A DNA stretch of 38,349 nucleotides from Candidatus Magasanikbacteria bacterium CG_4_10_14_0_2_um_filter_37_12 (GCA_002793015.1 PFPK01000022.1:1-38349), one strand, 5' to 3'. Shown: positions 1 through 9,032, counted from the stretch's first letter. The notes: a model not told the origin generated them from the letters alone. Numbers and translations are program-made.

Positions 1-192
1 GGAATTACCATTTAGCCGTTAAGTGATAATCCCAGAATCTCTAGGGAGATTCTACTTAATTTTATTACTATTAGGCAACAGGTCTAATGACTCTATTATA
101 CAAAGCAATGCCAAGCCCTGCAAAAACCAGATCCTGTACGTACTATTGCATCTTCTATAATTTTACCATCAACATCTTGATCATCTGTCGCG

Positions 193-486
193 TCATACCC
201 CAAAAAAAACATTGATAATTTCTTCATTTTTATTGTTATAGACAAGAAATGATATATCTACTTTGTCTTTTCGTGGACCTACGAGAGAATATGTTTTTTC
301 ACCTTTCAAATATAATGTGTCTCCAGCAAATGTAAAAGGTATTTTTGGTGTTCTAGAATCTTTAAAAAACCTACCTCCTCTATGTTCAGAAAAAACAAGA
401 TCTGTTAAATTGAGATGTTCTAAATCTACTGACATTTTTATATCGCATACATCCCCTAAACTACGCTCCATTCCATCTACAGACAT
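193..486 (-). CDS. Hypothetical protein, possibly frameshifted at its 3' end
   Basis: ATG-started 97-aa ORF with no recognisable motif. The stop follows a T8-G4 run, and the +1 frame stays open to position 96. Confidence 0.45.
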   Translation of the reverse strand: MSVDGMERSLGDVCDIKMSVDLEHLNLTDLVFSEHRGGRFFKDSRTPKIPFTFAGDTLYLKGEKTYSLVGPRKDKVDISFLVYNNKNEEIINVFFGV

Positions 487-539
487 AATAACAATTTACT
501 ACTAAATTAAAATAATTTCTATTTACTGTTTACTAATTA

Positions 540-1670
540 CTATTTACTCTTCCCCATCTTCCCCTTCACAAACCACACCGCCGCGCCAACTCCAGCGACA
601 CCAAGCAAAATCAAAACTAACAAATTATGAAATAACATTGAAATAAGAATCACAACAATAGATAATACAAGTGCGATAATAAATGTAACACCACGAGTAA
701 TGCTACCACCAATACTTCCAAGTGCTGGGATGACAGAAAGAAGTACGCTAATAGGACCTAAGATTGAAGCAAGGCCCATCCACATCATGAGAAAGCCAAT
801 CACACGCAGAGCCCACAACCACACTCTATACTCACCATGCATAGCAGTGACAGATTCTTCCAGACCAGTACGTCGTGCTTCGTATAGTGTCTTGTCTGTC
901 TTTTTATCCAGATATGGACCAAGTTTGTCGCCATTCAGTTTTGCAAACACAGTCGTCTCTCTGTCAGACTCTGTAACGCTATACGAAATACGTACATCAC
1001 CAACGACAGGATCGTTCATACTTGAATCCCCGATATAAATATATTTGCCATTTACGATTTCACCATAAGTTGGCAACTGAACATTTTTTGTGTTCAAAGG
1101 TAGTGCCGCGCTTCCGGGCAAAGACAATGCTTTCATATCAACCTTATACACGCCAAGCATGCCATTTGGCGCTTTTGTTGAAATGGACTTTATACTTGTT
1201 ATTTTATTTTCATGTTCTGCCGGAATTTTGAAACTACCAGAATCAGCTGGACTGCTTGTCCATTCTTTCACATAATTATACGTCTTCGTTACTTCTTGTG
1301 ATCCTCCAAGTTTGTCTTCTGTTTTTGATGTAACTTTTTCTACCCATGTGTATGTTTCCACATTTCTACTCACTGCTAAATAATTGCCAGAAACAAGATA
1401 CTCACCATCGCCAATAAGATCATCAGTTTTGAAAATTCCTATTGCTGCGACAAGAGCTCCTTGCAAATCATCGTGTGATTCAAGCACGCTTGCATTTACT
1501 TGCACAGCGTTTTTGGCAATTTCTGACTTGTCTACTCTACCTTCATTCATGTAAATAACGACGAATGAAGCGAGAAAAAGCAAAAGTCCAAAGAAAATTC
1601 CCTTAAACGATCCGCCGATGCTGGAACCAAAGCCGATTTTGGTTGTTTCGGTGAAAGTATCTGGAGACAT
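540..1670 (-). CDS. TMEM43/LUMA-family (DUF1625-like) membrane protein
   Basis: N-terminal 'IGGSFKGIFFGLLLF...NEGR' TM segment, 'R.VE.Y.W.E' and 'P.VGD.RISY' motifs, and three C-terminal TM helices. The likely start is the ATG at 1670 (MSPDTF). Confidence 0.8.
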   Translation of the reverse strand: MSPDTFTETTKIGFGSSIGGSFKGIFFGLLLFLASFVVIYMNEGRVDKSEIAKNAVQVNASVLESHDDLQGALVAAIGIFKTDDLIGDGEYLVSGNYLAVSRNVETYTWVEKVTSKTEDKLGGSQEVTKTYNYVKEWTSSPADSGSFKIPAEHENKITSIKSISTKAPNGMLGVYKVDMKALSLPGSAALPLNTKNVQLPTYGEIVNGKYIYIGDSSMNDPVVGDVRISYSVTESDRETTVFAKLNGDKLGPYLDKKTDKTLYEARRTGLEESVTAMHGEYRVWLWALRVIGFLMMWMGLASILGPISVLLSVIPALGSIGGSITRGVTFIIALVLSIVVILISMLFHNLLVLILLGVAGVGAAVWFVKGKMGKSK

Positions 1671-1685
1671 ATAAACAAGAGTTAG

Positions 1686-1765
1686 ATAGAACACAGATTG
1701 AACTGATAAAACTGATTAGAACAGATCTATGAAAATCTGTTAGATCTGTTAAATCTGTGTTCTAT
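1686..1765. repeat. Junction hairpin element of degenerate ACAGAT-type repeats
   Basis: Perfect 14-bp inverted repeat ATAGAACACAGATT (1686-1699) / AATCTGTGTTCTAT (1752-1765) with internal degenerate copies. Confidence 0.8.
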
Positions 1766-3141
1766 TAATTATAGAATTTAGAATTAAAATAATCTTTAAG
1801 CTCCCCAATATCCACCCTTTCTTGCTCCATCGTATCACGATCTCTCACCGTAACTTTCTTATCTTCAAGACTATCAAAATCAACAGTCACACAATATGGC
1901 GTACCAATTTCATCTTGCCTTCTATATCTTTTTCCAATACTTCCTGTTTCGTCATGCTGAGTCATCCAAGTACCACGCAAACTATTTTGAATTTCATTAG
2001 ACAAATTCTGCAATGGTTCTTTTTTAGAAAGTGGTAAAATCGCTATCTTGATTGGTGCTAGATCTTTATGAAGACGAAGAACATATTCTTTTTCATGTTT
2101 GGCGTCGTCAGAACCACTGCGAGCATCTATTTCTTCATAAGCATCAATAAGAAAAGCCAAAGTAGCCCGATCAGCTCCGTCTGAAGTCTCAACAATATGG
2201 GGAATAAACTTTTCATTTTTTTCTTGATCAAAATAACTCAAATCTTGCCCACTATATTCACTATGACGAGACAAATCCCAATTTCCTCGATCATGAATAC
2301 CTGCAAGCTCTTTGAATCCCATGCCTGGATAATTGTATTCAATATCCCAAGCTTCAGCTGCATAGTGAGCAAGTTCATCTGATTTGTGTTGTCTAAACTG
2401 CAAATTTTCTTTTTTCATTCCAAAATCCAAATACCACTGCATCCTTGCTTTTTTCCACATCTCAAAAACTTCCTTTTTTTGATCTGGATGAATGAAATAC
2501 TGTTGTTCCATTTGTTCAAACTCGCGTGTTCTGAAAGTAAAATTCCCCGGAGTGATTTCATTTCTAAAAGCCTTTCCAATCTGGGCGACACCAAATGGAA
2601 TTTTCTTTCTCATCGACTGTTGAACATTTAGAAAATTAACATAAATCCCTTGACAAGTCTCTGGTCGTAAATAAATTTGACTGGTGTTATCTTCCAATGC
2701 TCCCATAAAAGTTTTAAACATTAGATTGAACTTTCGTACATCAGTCAAATCTCCTCCACAATCTGGACAGACTACATTATGTTTATCCCACTCGCATGGT
2801 CTGAAATCTGGCTTAATTCCTTTGGCTTCTAGCAAGTGATCTGCCCTCCATCTTTTCTTACAATCTTTACAATCAACCAATGGATCAGTAAACCCAGCAA
2901 TGTGCCCACTAGCCTCCCAAGTCTTTGGATGCATCAAGATAGCAGCGTCCAATCCGACAACATCATTTCTCTCTTGCACCATCGCTTTCCACCAAGCTCT
3001 TTTTACATTATTTTTGAGCTCCACGCCAAGTGGACCGTAATCATAGCATGATGAAAGACCTCCATAAATTTCTGAAGACTGAAAGATGAAGCCACGACGT
3101 TTGGCTAGAGATACTATTGGTTCTAGATTTTCTAAACTCAT
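1765..3141 (-). CDS. glyQS: Glycine--tRNA ligase, alpha2 (homodimeric) type
   Basis: KRRGF, YDYGPLG, LRPETCQG, GKAFRNEITP and FRTREFEQME motifs, plus the C-terminal anticodon-binding domain GSIGKRYRRQDEIGTP. Start at ATG 3141. Confidence 0.97.
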   Translation of the reverse strand: MSLENLEPIVSLAKRRGFIFQSSEIYGGLSSCYDYGPLGVELKNNVKRAWWKAMVQERNDVVGLDAAILMHPKTWEASGHIAGFTDPLVDCKDCKKRWRADHLLEAKGIKPDFRPCEWDKHNVVCPDCGGDLTDVRKFNLMFKTFMGALEDNTSQIYLRPETCQGIYVNFLNVQQSMRKKIPFGVAQIGKAFRNEITPGNFTFRTREFEQMEQQYFIHPDQKKEVFEMWKKARMQWYLDFGMKKENLQFRQHKSDELAHYAAEAWDIEYNYPGMGFKELAGIHDRGNWDLSRHSEYSGQDLSYFDQEKNEKFIPHIVETSDGADRATLAFLIDAYEEIDARSGSDDAKHEKEYVLRLHKDLAPIKIAILPLSKKEPLQNLSNEIQNSLRGTWMTQHDETGSIGKRYRRQDEIGTPYCVTVDFDSLEDKKVTVRDRDTMEQERVDIGELKDYFNSKFYN

Positions 3142-3159
3142 ATATTTTATTTTCTTTAA

Positions 3160-3262
3160 AATACAAGAAACAAAACACAAACAAATCTCAAAAAACAAAT
3201 AATAAATAATAAATTTGGAAACTGGAGCCTGTTATTTATTTGAAAATTGTCTCTTGCTTCTT
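3160..3262. repeat. Junction hairpin element of degenerate heptamers (ACAAGAA/AAATAAT vs TTGTCTC/TTATTTG)
   Basis: A/C-rich arm followed by a T/G-rich arm. ACAAGAAACAA (3163-3173) is nearly complementary to TTGTCTCTTGC (3247-3257). Confidence 0.55.
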
Positions 3263-3292
3263 TGTGGTTAATTATACCAACTATTTTATAAT

Positions 3293-3472
3293 AAAAAAAG
3301 ACAGCCAAAAATACTGTCTCGGGGTCCGATGTTACTTCGGACGGTTCCACCCGAGTTGTCCGACTTGATCTCGGACCACTCTTTGTATTTTCCACGTATA
3401 TCTGCGAATATTCCGCATTCAATCCGCATCTTTACCACCTCCACAGTTGCCAATACTGTTTCATCAGTGGTA
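3293..3472 (-). promoter_or_regulatory. Glycine T-box riboswitch with intrinsic terminator
   Basis: Antiterminator CUCGGG-UGGAACC-GUCCGA..UCGGAC-CCCGAG (3318-3355). Overlapping terminator GAGACAGU..GCUGUCUU+U-tract (3293-3320). K-turn Stem I (3433-3472) with GGC in the loop. Lies upstream of GlyRS. Confidence 0.9.
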
Positions 3473-3478
3473 TTATTT

Positions 3479-3506
3479 ATAATAACATTTTGATGAAGAA
3501 AGTCAA
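3479..3506 (-). promoter_or_regulatory. Sigma70-type promoter of the T-box/glyQS transcript
   Basis: TTGACT-16 nt-TATTAT with an extended TGn. The predicted start site falls at the base of Stem I. Confidence 0.65.
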
Positions 3507-3675
3507 GCGAACGTAAAGTGAACATAAAGCCAAAATATAAAAATACCAATTGAATCATGAAAAACGGAAGTTTCAAAATAGGACAACAATTTTTTAAAAA
3601 AATATAATGAAACCACATACAAAACACCTGGAAAATTTATAAAAAAAATAGCTGTTCTCATAAATTTTTCTATAC

Positions 3676-3707
3676 AAAAAACACCCCAATAAAATTGGAG
3701 TGTTTTT
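3676..3707 (-). terminator. Intrinsic terminator after csp
   Basis: AAAAACACTCCAAT..ATTGGGGTGTTTTTT hairpin with T-tract. Confidence 0.75.
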
Positions 3708-3723
3708 AAACTTGTGAGAGAAA

Positions 3724-3927
3724 TTATGAAATTCTGCTAACTTTAACAGCGTTCAAACCTTTTGGACCTTCAGCGACTTCAAATTCTACTTTGTCACCTT
3801 CACGAAGATCGTTGTACTCTACGTCTACAAGCTCGCTAGAATGAAAGAAAAGATCTTTCTCTTCACCTTCACGCGAAATAAAACCAAACCCCTTATCGGT
3901 AAGTCTGGCAATTATACCTTGTTGCAT
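3724..3927 (-). CDS. csp: Cold-shock domain protein (CspA family)
   Basis: KGFGFI (RNP1), DLFFHSS (RNP2) and EGDKVEFEV..GPKG..A motifs. Confidence 0.95.
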   Translation of the reverse strand: MQQGIIARLTDKGFGFISREGEEKDLFFHSSELVDVEYNDLREGDKVEFEVAEGPKGLNAVKVSRIS

Positions 3928-3929
3928 AA

Positions 3930-4036
3930 ATTGTAAAACAAATGAATAATTTACCCGCCTTGGGCGGGCTCATCAAATCCAGCATAGCCCCCACCCTGGG
4001 TGGGCGGGTCAAACTCGACTATGTTTGTTTTACAAT
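3930..4036 (-). promoter_or_regulatory. Structured csp 5' leader
   Basis: Perfect 13-bp closing stem (3930-3942 / 4024-4036) enclosing two GC-rich hairpins. Confidence 0.6.
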
Positions 4037-4054
4037 ACTGTTTTTGATGGCTAT

Positions 4055-4083
4055 ACAGTACTATATATAAAAAAATTTGTCAA
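4055..4083 (-). promoter_or_regulatory. Sigma70-type promoter of csp
   Basis: TTGACA-17 nt-TACTGT. Confidence 0.6.
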
Positions 4084-4113
4084 TAGACGACTTGGGACGA
4101 TAAGGAAATTCTA

Positions 4114-4551
4114 TTAACTCTCCAAAACCAATGTCACTGGCCCATCGTTAATCAAGCTAACCTGCATATAGGCACCAAATTTCCCAGCAGAAACTTTTAC
4201 ACCAAGCTCATCAATTTTCTTTACAAAATAATCATACAAAGGTTCAGCTACTTCTGGTCTAGCAGCATCAATAAAACTTGGCCTGTTCCCCTTTTTACAA
4301 TCAGCATAGAGGGTAAATTGTGAGACTACCAAAATGTTTCCTGCAGACTGAATGATATTGTTGTTCATCTTCCCATCTTGATCTTCAAATATTCTTAATT
4401 TCGCCAGTTTATCTACCAATTTTATGACCTGTTCTTTTGTGTCATTGTGCGTAATCCCAAGTAAAACCAAAAAACCATGGTCAATTTGACCTATGGTTTT
4501 GTTATCCACACTCACTTTTGCTTCAGAAACTCGCTGTACAACTAAACGCAT
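4114..4551 (-). CDS. dtd: D-aminoacyl-tRNA deacylase
   Basis: MRLVVQRV, LRIFED, SQFTL, GNRPSF and NDGPVT motifs. Confidence 0.97.
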   Translation of the reverse strand: MRLVVQRVSEAKVSVDNKTIGQIDHGFLVLLGITHNDTKEQVIKLVDKLAKLRIFEDQDGKMNNNIIQSAGNILVVSQFTLYADCKKGNRPSFIDAARPEVAEPLYDYFVKKIDELGVKVSAGKFGAYMQVSLINDGPVTLVLES

Positions 4552-4610
4552 ATTTTATGCTCTACACTCTTAAAATTCTTTACTACATTTCAAACAATGA
4601 GTATCTCTTT

Positions 4611-5162
4611 TTAAACAGTATATATCTCTTTCTCTTTTTCATCACCAATAATTTTTATTGTATCATTATACTCTTTGACAACCTTGTCCACTCCTTCTTG
4701 ATAGGTATATTTTTCATCTTCAGAAATCGTTTTGTCTTTTTCTGCTTTCGCAATCTCTTCACGAACTTCCTCTCGAATTTTACGAATAACAATACGAGCT
4801 TGCTCCAATTTATTGTGCAAAACCTTTATCAATTCGCTTCTTCTATCCGTTGTAAGATCAGGAAGAATAAGACGAATCATCACCCCATCATTGACTGGAT
4901 TTAAACCTAAGTCAGAGTTACGAATTGCTGTTTCAATATTTTGCAACACACCTTTGTCCCAAGGTTGAACATTGATTGTCTTGGCATCAGCTACCGAAAT
5001 AGAAGCCAAACCTTTTAATGCCTGTTTGCTACCATAGGCTTCCACCGTAAGATCCTCTACTATTGCGGGGGTAGCTCGCCCAGTTCGCAAAGAAGAAATC
5101 TCTGATTTCAAATGTTCAATGGTCTTATCAAATTTTTCTTGATTCATGCCGACAAAATCCAT
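4611..5162 (-). CDS. frr: Ribosome recycling factor
   Basis: LRTGRATP, IETAIRNSDLGLNP and ISEDE motifs. Confidence 0.96.
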   Translation of the reverse strand: MDFVGMNQEKFDKTIEHLKSEISSLRTGRATPAIVEDLTVEAYGSKQALKGLASISVADAKTINVQPWDKGVLQNIETAIRNSDLGLNPVNDGVMIRLILPDLTTDRRSELIKVLHNKLEQARIVIRKIREEVREEIAKAEKDKTISEDEKYTYQEGVDKVVKEYNDTIKIIGDEKEKEIYTV

Positions 5163-5220
5163 ATTGTTTATAACGTTAAATAATAATTTAGATCTGCATT
5201 AATTATAGGCTACTAGTCGG

Positions 5221-6306
5221 TTATTCCTTTGGAGGAATTGTAAAACCAAGATAAAGTAATTCTGATCTCTCAGGATGAACTCTAAGTGCTGTTGGTATTT
5301 GTCCAGAAGGCATTTTTCTAGTAATCCAATTACTGCCTCCATCAATACTGCGATAAAATGTAGAACGATTGTTGATAGTAGCTGTATAATAAATTTCTCT
5401 ATCGTTCTCCGGATTTATGGCAAAGCTATAAATTTGGGCACTTCCTGGTGGAGTGATCAAACTTAAAGTATCCCAATTCACACCACCATCCTTTGAGACC
5501 AAAATACCATAGGTCGAAATCCAGTACAAGGTATCTTTCTTGTTTGGGTGAATATAAAAATATCGAAACTCTGTTGCTTTGGAATATTTTTTCAGCCCTT
5601 CTACCAATGAATTCCAAGTCAATCCACCATCACTAGATCTATATAACCCTTGCGACTTTGTAATTAAATATATCACTCCTGGTTGAGCTGGATCTGCTAT
5701 TAAGCTAACAATATTACTCTTAAATCTCTTAGAGACAGACCAACTCTTTCCGAGATCAAAGCTCTGGAGCAAATCACCATTAGTTTCTGCTAAGAGAATC
5801 TGATAAGGTGAAAACGGATTAACAAGTAATGCCCGAATGCCAGCACTGGTACGAGATTCACGATACACTTCCTCCCAAGTGCGGTTGCAATCAATGCTCT
5901 TATAAACGTGGCTTCCGTCAGTAGCATAAACAGTACAGACATCTTCTGGATGAATAGCAATGCTATAAACAAAACCAGAAGACAATGGGCTGGAGGCCTG
6001 TTGCCAAGTTTTACCGTCATCATAGGTATAAAAAAGCCCTTGCTCTCTAGATAACCAATACATAGTTTTGGTATCCTGAAGATCTGGAATTAATCTATAA
6101 ACACTGACATTAGAAATATTTTGAACACCTTGAGCTGTTGGTTTGGTCGAAATCGGTTGCCAAGATTCACCTTTGTCTACTGAAACAAACATACCACCTG
6201 GACCAGATGTCTCTACCCCATTAGATTGAGAAATTGACAAACAACCTGCACCTAGCAATAGGGGTAAGGCCACGACCAAAATTAGTTTTAAAAAAGATGT
6301 TGTCAT
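5221..6306 (-). CDS. Lipoprotein with BNR/Asp-box beta-propeller (YCF48-like)
   Basis: Lipobox LLGAGC and seven S-x-D-x-G-x-x-W-type repeats. Confidence 0.8.
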   Translation of the reverse strand: MTTSFLKLILVVALPLLLGAGCLSISQSNGVETSGPGGMFVSVDKGESWQPISTKPTAQGVQNISNVSVYRLIPDLQDTKTMYWLSREQGLFYTYDDGKTWQQASSPLSSGFVYSIAIHPEDVCTVYATDGSHVYKSIDCNRTWEEVYRESRTSAGIRALLVNPFSPYQILLAETNGDLLQSFDLGKSWSVSKRFKSNIVSLIADPAQPGVIYLITKSQGLYRSSDGGLTWNSLVEGLKKYSKATEFRYFYIHPNKKDTLYWISTYGILVSKDGGVNWDTLSLITPPGSAQIYSFAINPENDREIYYTATINNRSTFYRSIDGGSNWITRKMPSGQIPTALRVHPERSELLYLGFTIPPKE

Positions 6307-6350
6307 AAAATAAAATTAACTTGTCCTGCGAAGTTGTAAGCGAAGCATGG

Positions 6351-7253
6351 CTAAGGTAACTTCAATAAAACTTGCTCCACCAAAAGACGAGGGTGAACAT
6401 TCTTATTTAACATTTCTATAGTATACAAGATTTGATTATATATATCTACTAGTTCCTTTTTATTTATTTCAAAACTCTCAGACAAAAGCATGGACTGCCA
6501 GACAAATAAGACATCTTGTAATTTGTCCCTGGCCACAATATGATCAGTCTTATCTCCAAACAAATCATCAACATTTTTTAGCTTTTCATAAAATGGTTTT
6601 CCGATTAAATTGACAAATCGCTTTCTTTCTAGCTTGTAATTATCAAAAGATTCCAAATCATTTTTCCAGACTATTGCTTTACCCGGAAGACCTTGAGAAT
6701 ACTTAACAATTTCTTTGGACAATTCGTCATTAAAACTTTCTTGCACAAAATATTCCGCAATCTCAATTTTGTTCACTGGATAAAAATAGACTACCTGACA
6801 ACGAGACCTTATAGTCGCCGGTAAAAGATCCTCGTCAGTAGTGATGAGAAAAATAACTGTCCATAAACTTGGTTCTTCCAAAGTTTTTAAAAGAGCATTT
6901 GAGGCGCCGATACTCATTTTTTCGGCTTCATCAATAATTGCCACTTTGTATTTTTTGCCAAAAGCACTACTAGTCAAAAAATTTTTCACCCCTTGCAATT
7001 GTTCAATAGAAATGTTTTTTTTGGTTTTACCAGTTTTTTCATCTTGCTCTTGTCCGACTATCAAAAAATCTGGAGTAGCCACAAGTTTTTCTCTAGTAAT
7101 TTCAAATAATCTTGCACTAAACTCCTTGGCAACAGTAAGTTTGCCAACTCCTCTTGGTCCAACAAAACAATAAGCATGGCTCAAATTGTCATTTTCAATC
7201 ACCTTACCAAAAAACTCAAAAACTGACTTGTGTCCAATAATATCATCTGACAT
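6351..7253 (-). CDS. holB: DNA polymerase III delta' subunit
   Basis: HAYCFVGPRGVGK, KVAIIDEAEKM, NALLKTLEEP and TIRSRCQ motifs. Confidence 0.9.
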   Translation of the reverse strand: MSDDIIGHKSVFEFFGKVIENDNLSHAYCFVGPRGVGKLTVAKEFSARLFEITREKLVATPDFLIVGQEQDEKTGKTKKNISIEQLQGVKNFLTSSAFGKKYKVAIIDEAEKMSIGASNALLKTLEEPSLWTVIFLITTDEDLLPATIRSRCQVVYFYPVNKIEIAEYFVQESFNDELSKEIVKYSQGLPGKAIVWKNDLESFDNYKLERKRFVNLIGKPFYEKLKNVDDLFGDKTDHIVARDKLQDVLFVWQSMLLSESFEINKKELVDIYNQILYTIEMLNKNVHPRLLVEQVLLKLP

Positions 7254-7275
7254 ATGAACCTATTGTAGCATATTT

Positions 7276-8421
7276 TCAAAACTCAGACAACAAGATGTTT
7301 AGTGTCTCTGTAGCACATTTCTCCCACGAAAAATTCTCTGCACGTCTGATCCCTTTCTCAACATGAGACATTCTATATTCAATATTCTCTATCAATTTTA
7401 CAACTGCTTCAGCAATATCTTGTATATTTTCAGGATCAACATATACACAAGCATCTTCTCCCACTTCTTCCAAACTACTGCCACACGACGTAACCACAGG
7501 TGTACCACAAGCCATGGCTTCTAAAATCGGAATACCAAATCCTTCATAAAGGCTAGGAAACACAAAAACTTCGGCTACGTTCATAATATACGGGACATCT
7601 TCTTCATCTACCCAACCGGGTGTAATGATATCATTTTTATATTTTGAATTTTCAATCGCTTGTTGAACCTTCTCATAGCCATAACCAGGTTTGCCAACAA
7701 GAATCAATCGGACTTCGGACTTCGGACTTCGGACTCTCAAATTCTCAAAGGCTTGAATTATGTGCCATGTATTTTTCTTCTCCTCAAGTCTCCCAACTGT
7801 CATCAAAAAAGGTTTCTCAATTCCATATTTTTTCAATACTTCGCCAATCTTTATTTTATTCTCAATCTTCCTATATTTTTTATCATACCCGTGATGTACA
7901 ACGTCAACGTCGGCCGAAGTCTGAGAGTCGAAAACTGAAGTCAGTTCATTTTTCGTAAAATGTGAAGGAACAATAATCTTCCATAATTTTTTCAAAGCAA
8001 ATTTTGCACTCCACACCGAATACCACCTCTCAAACCAGTTGTAACTTTCTGGAAATTTGGTGGCAGCGATATCATGAATGGTCACCACGGTTTTCTTCGG
8101 ATGGATAATGGGGAAAACATGTGCTGGAATAAATAACACATCTGGTGGATGACGAAACATCTCCCAGCTCATTCTAATCTGCGTCCAAAATCTCTTCGGT
8201 GGCCAACGTAAAACTTTTTCATTCCACCTATCTGGTAACTTGGCTAACTTCCCTTGCAAGGGTTTGTCAGTATATAAAACAAATTCTAAATTTTCAAAAT
8301 CCCTTACTCCTTTTCTATTACTACTTGATTTCTTTAACTCCTCAATCACAAAATAAGCATACCACTCTACACCCGTCTTATACTCATGATTGGCTCGGCT
8401 AGCGTCGATTCCGATGATCAT
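7276..8421 (-). CDS. Glycosyltransferase family 4 (GT-B)
   Basis: IGIDAS, TGVE.Y, VTIHD, GRLEEKKN and FPSLYEGFGIPILEAMACGTPV motifs. Confidence 0.92.
   Translation of the reverse strand: MIIGIDASRANHEYKTGVEWYAYFVIEELKKSSSNRKGVRDFENLEFVLYTDKPLQGKLAKLPDRWNEKVLRWPPKRFWTQIRMSWEMFRHPPDVLFIPAHVFPIIHPKKTVVTIHDIAATKFPESYNWFERWYSVWSAKFALKKLWKIIVPSHFTKNELTSVFDSQTSADVDVVHHGYDKKYRKIENKIKIGEVLKKYGIEKPFLMTVGRLEEKKNTWHIIQAFENLRVRSPKSEVRLILVGKPGYGYEKVQQAIENSKYKNDIITPGWVDEEDVPYIMNVAEVFVFPSLYEGFGIPILEAMACGTPVVTSCGSSLEEVGEDACVYVDPENIQDIAEAVVKLIENIEYRMSHVEKGIRRAENFSWEKCATETLNILLSEF
7708..7735. repeat. Perfect intragenic tandem heptamer (TCGGACT)x4
   Basis: Four exact copies, translated as VRSPKSEVR in the GT4 protein. 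Confidence 0.95.
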
Positions 8422-9032
8422 ATTTTTATTCCTAAAGTTTTCAAATATTGAATAAAGATATCTACATCATTTTTTTCATGATCAAAAAAGTATGTTTGAA
8501 AGCCCATTTCTTTTGGCACAACAAGATTTTTTTCGCTATTATCCACAAATACACATTCCTCTGCTTGCATATTTGTTTTTTCAAGCGCTTTTTCAAATAT
8601 TTTAGCACCATCTTTCATTTCGCCAACGACAGCTGAGGTAATAATATAGTCGAAAATATTGTTAAATCCAAATTCATCAACGATATCTGCCATTCGATCT
8701 CGTGAATTGGAAGTAATAATACCAGTGACAAACTCTCTATCATGTAATTGATGGGCAAGCTCAACCATTTTTATATTCAAAGGAACATGGCGATTTACAT
8801 ATTGAAGAACATCTATATTAATATCGTTACCAAGACAATCACAAAAATCTTGCCACATGTCTTTATGATCTATACTACCGGACTTAAGCTCATCATTAAA
8901 CTTAAGATAACATTCACTAATCTTTTCTTTCGCCAAACCAGTCTGCTCGACGAAATTATTAAAAATAGTAACACGCCCAGCACTGTCAGTAGTGAGCACT
9001 CCGTCGAAATCAAAAAATATCACTTTGATCAT
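8418..9032 (-). CDS. HAD-superfamily phosphatase (subfamily IA)
   Basis: FDFDGVL motif I, ITSN motif II, K..KIF and FVDN motif IV. Confidence 0.88.
   Translation of the reverse strand: MIKVIFFDFDGVLTTDSAGRVTIFNNFVEQTGLAKEKISECYLKFNDELKSGSIDHKDMWQDFCDCLGNDINIDVLQYVNRHVPLNIKMVELAHQLHDREFVTGIITSNSRDRMADIVDEFGFNNIFDYIITSAVVGEMKDGAKIFEKALEKTNMQAEECVFVDNSEKNLVVPKEMGFQTYFFDHEKNDVDIFIQYLKTLGIKI

Noticed and set aside
3156-3627. ORFs 3156-3422 and 3286-3627 (minus strand)
   Set aside because: They overlap the T-box, its promoter and a repeat element and show no protein motifs; non-coding explains the region better.
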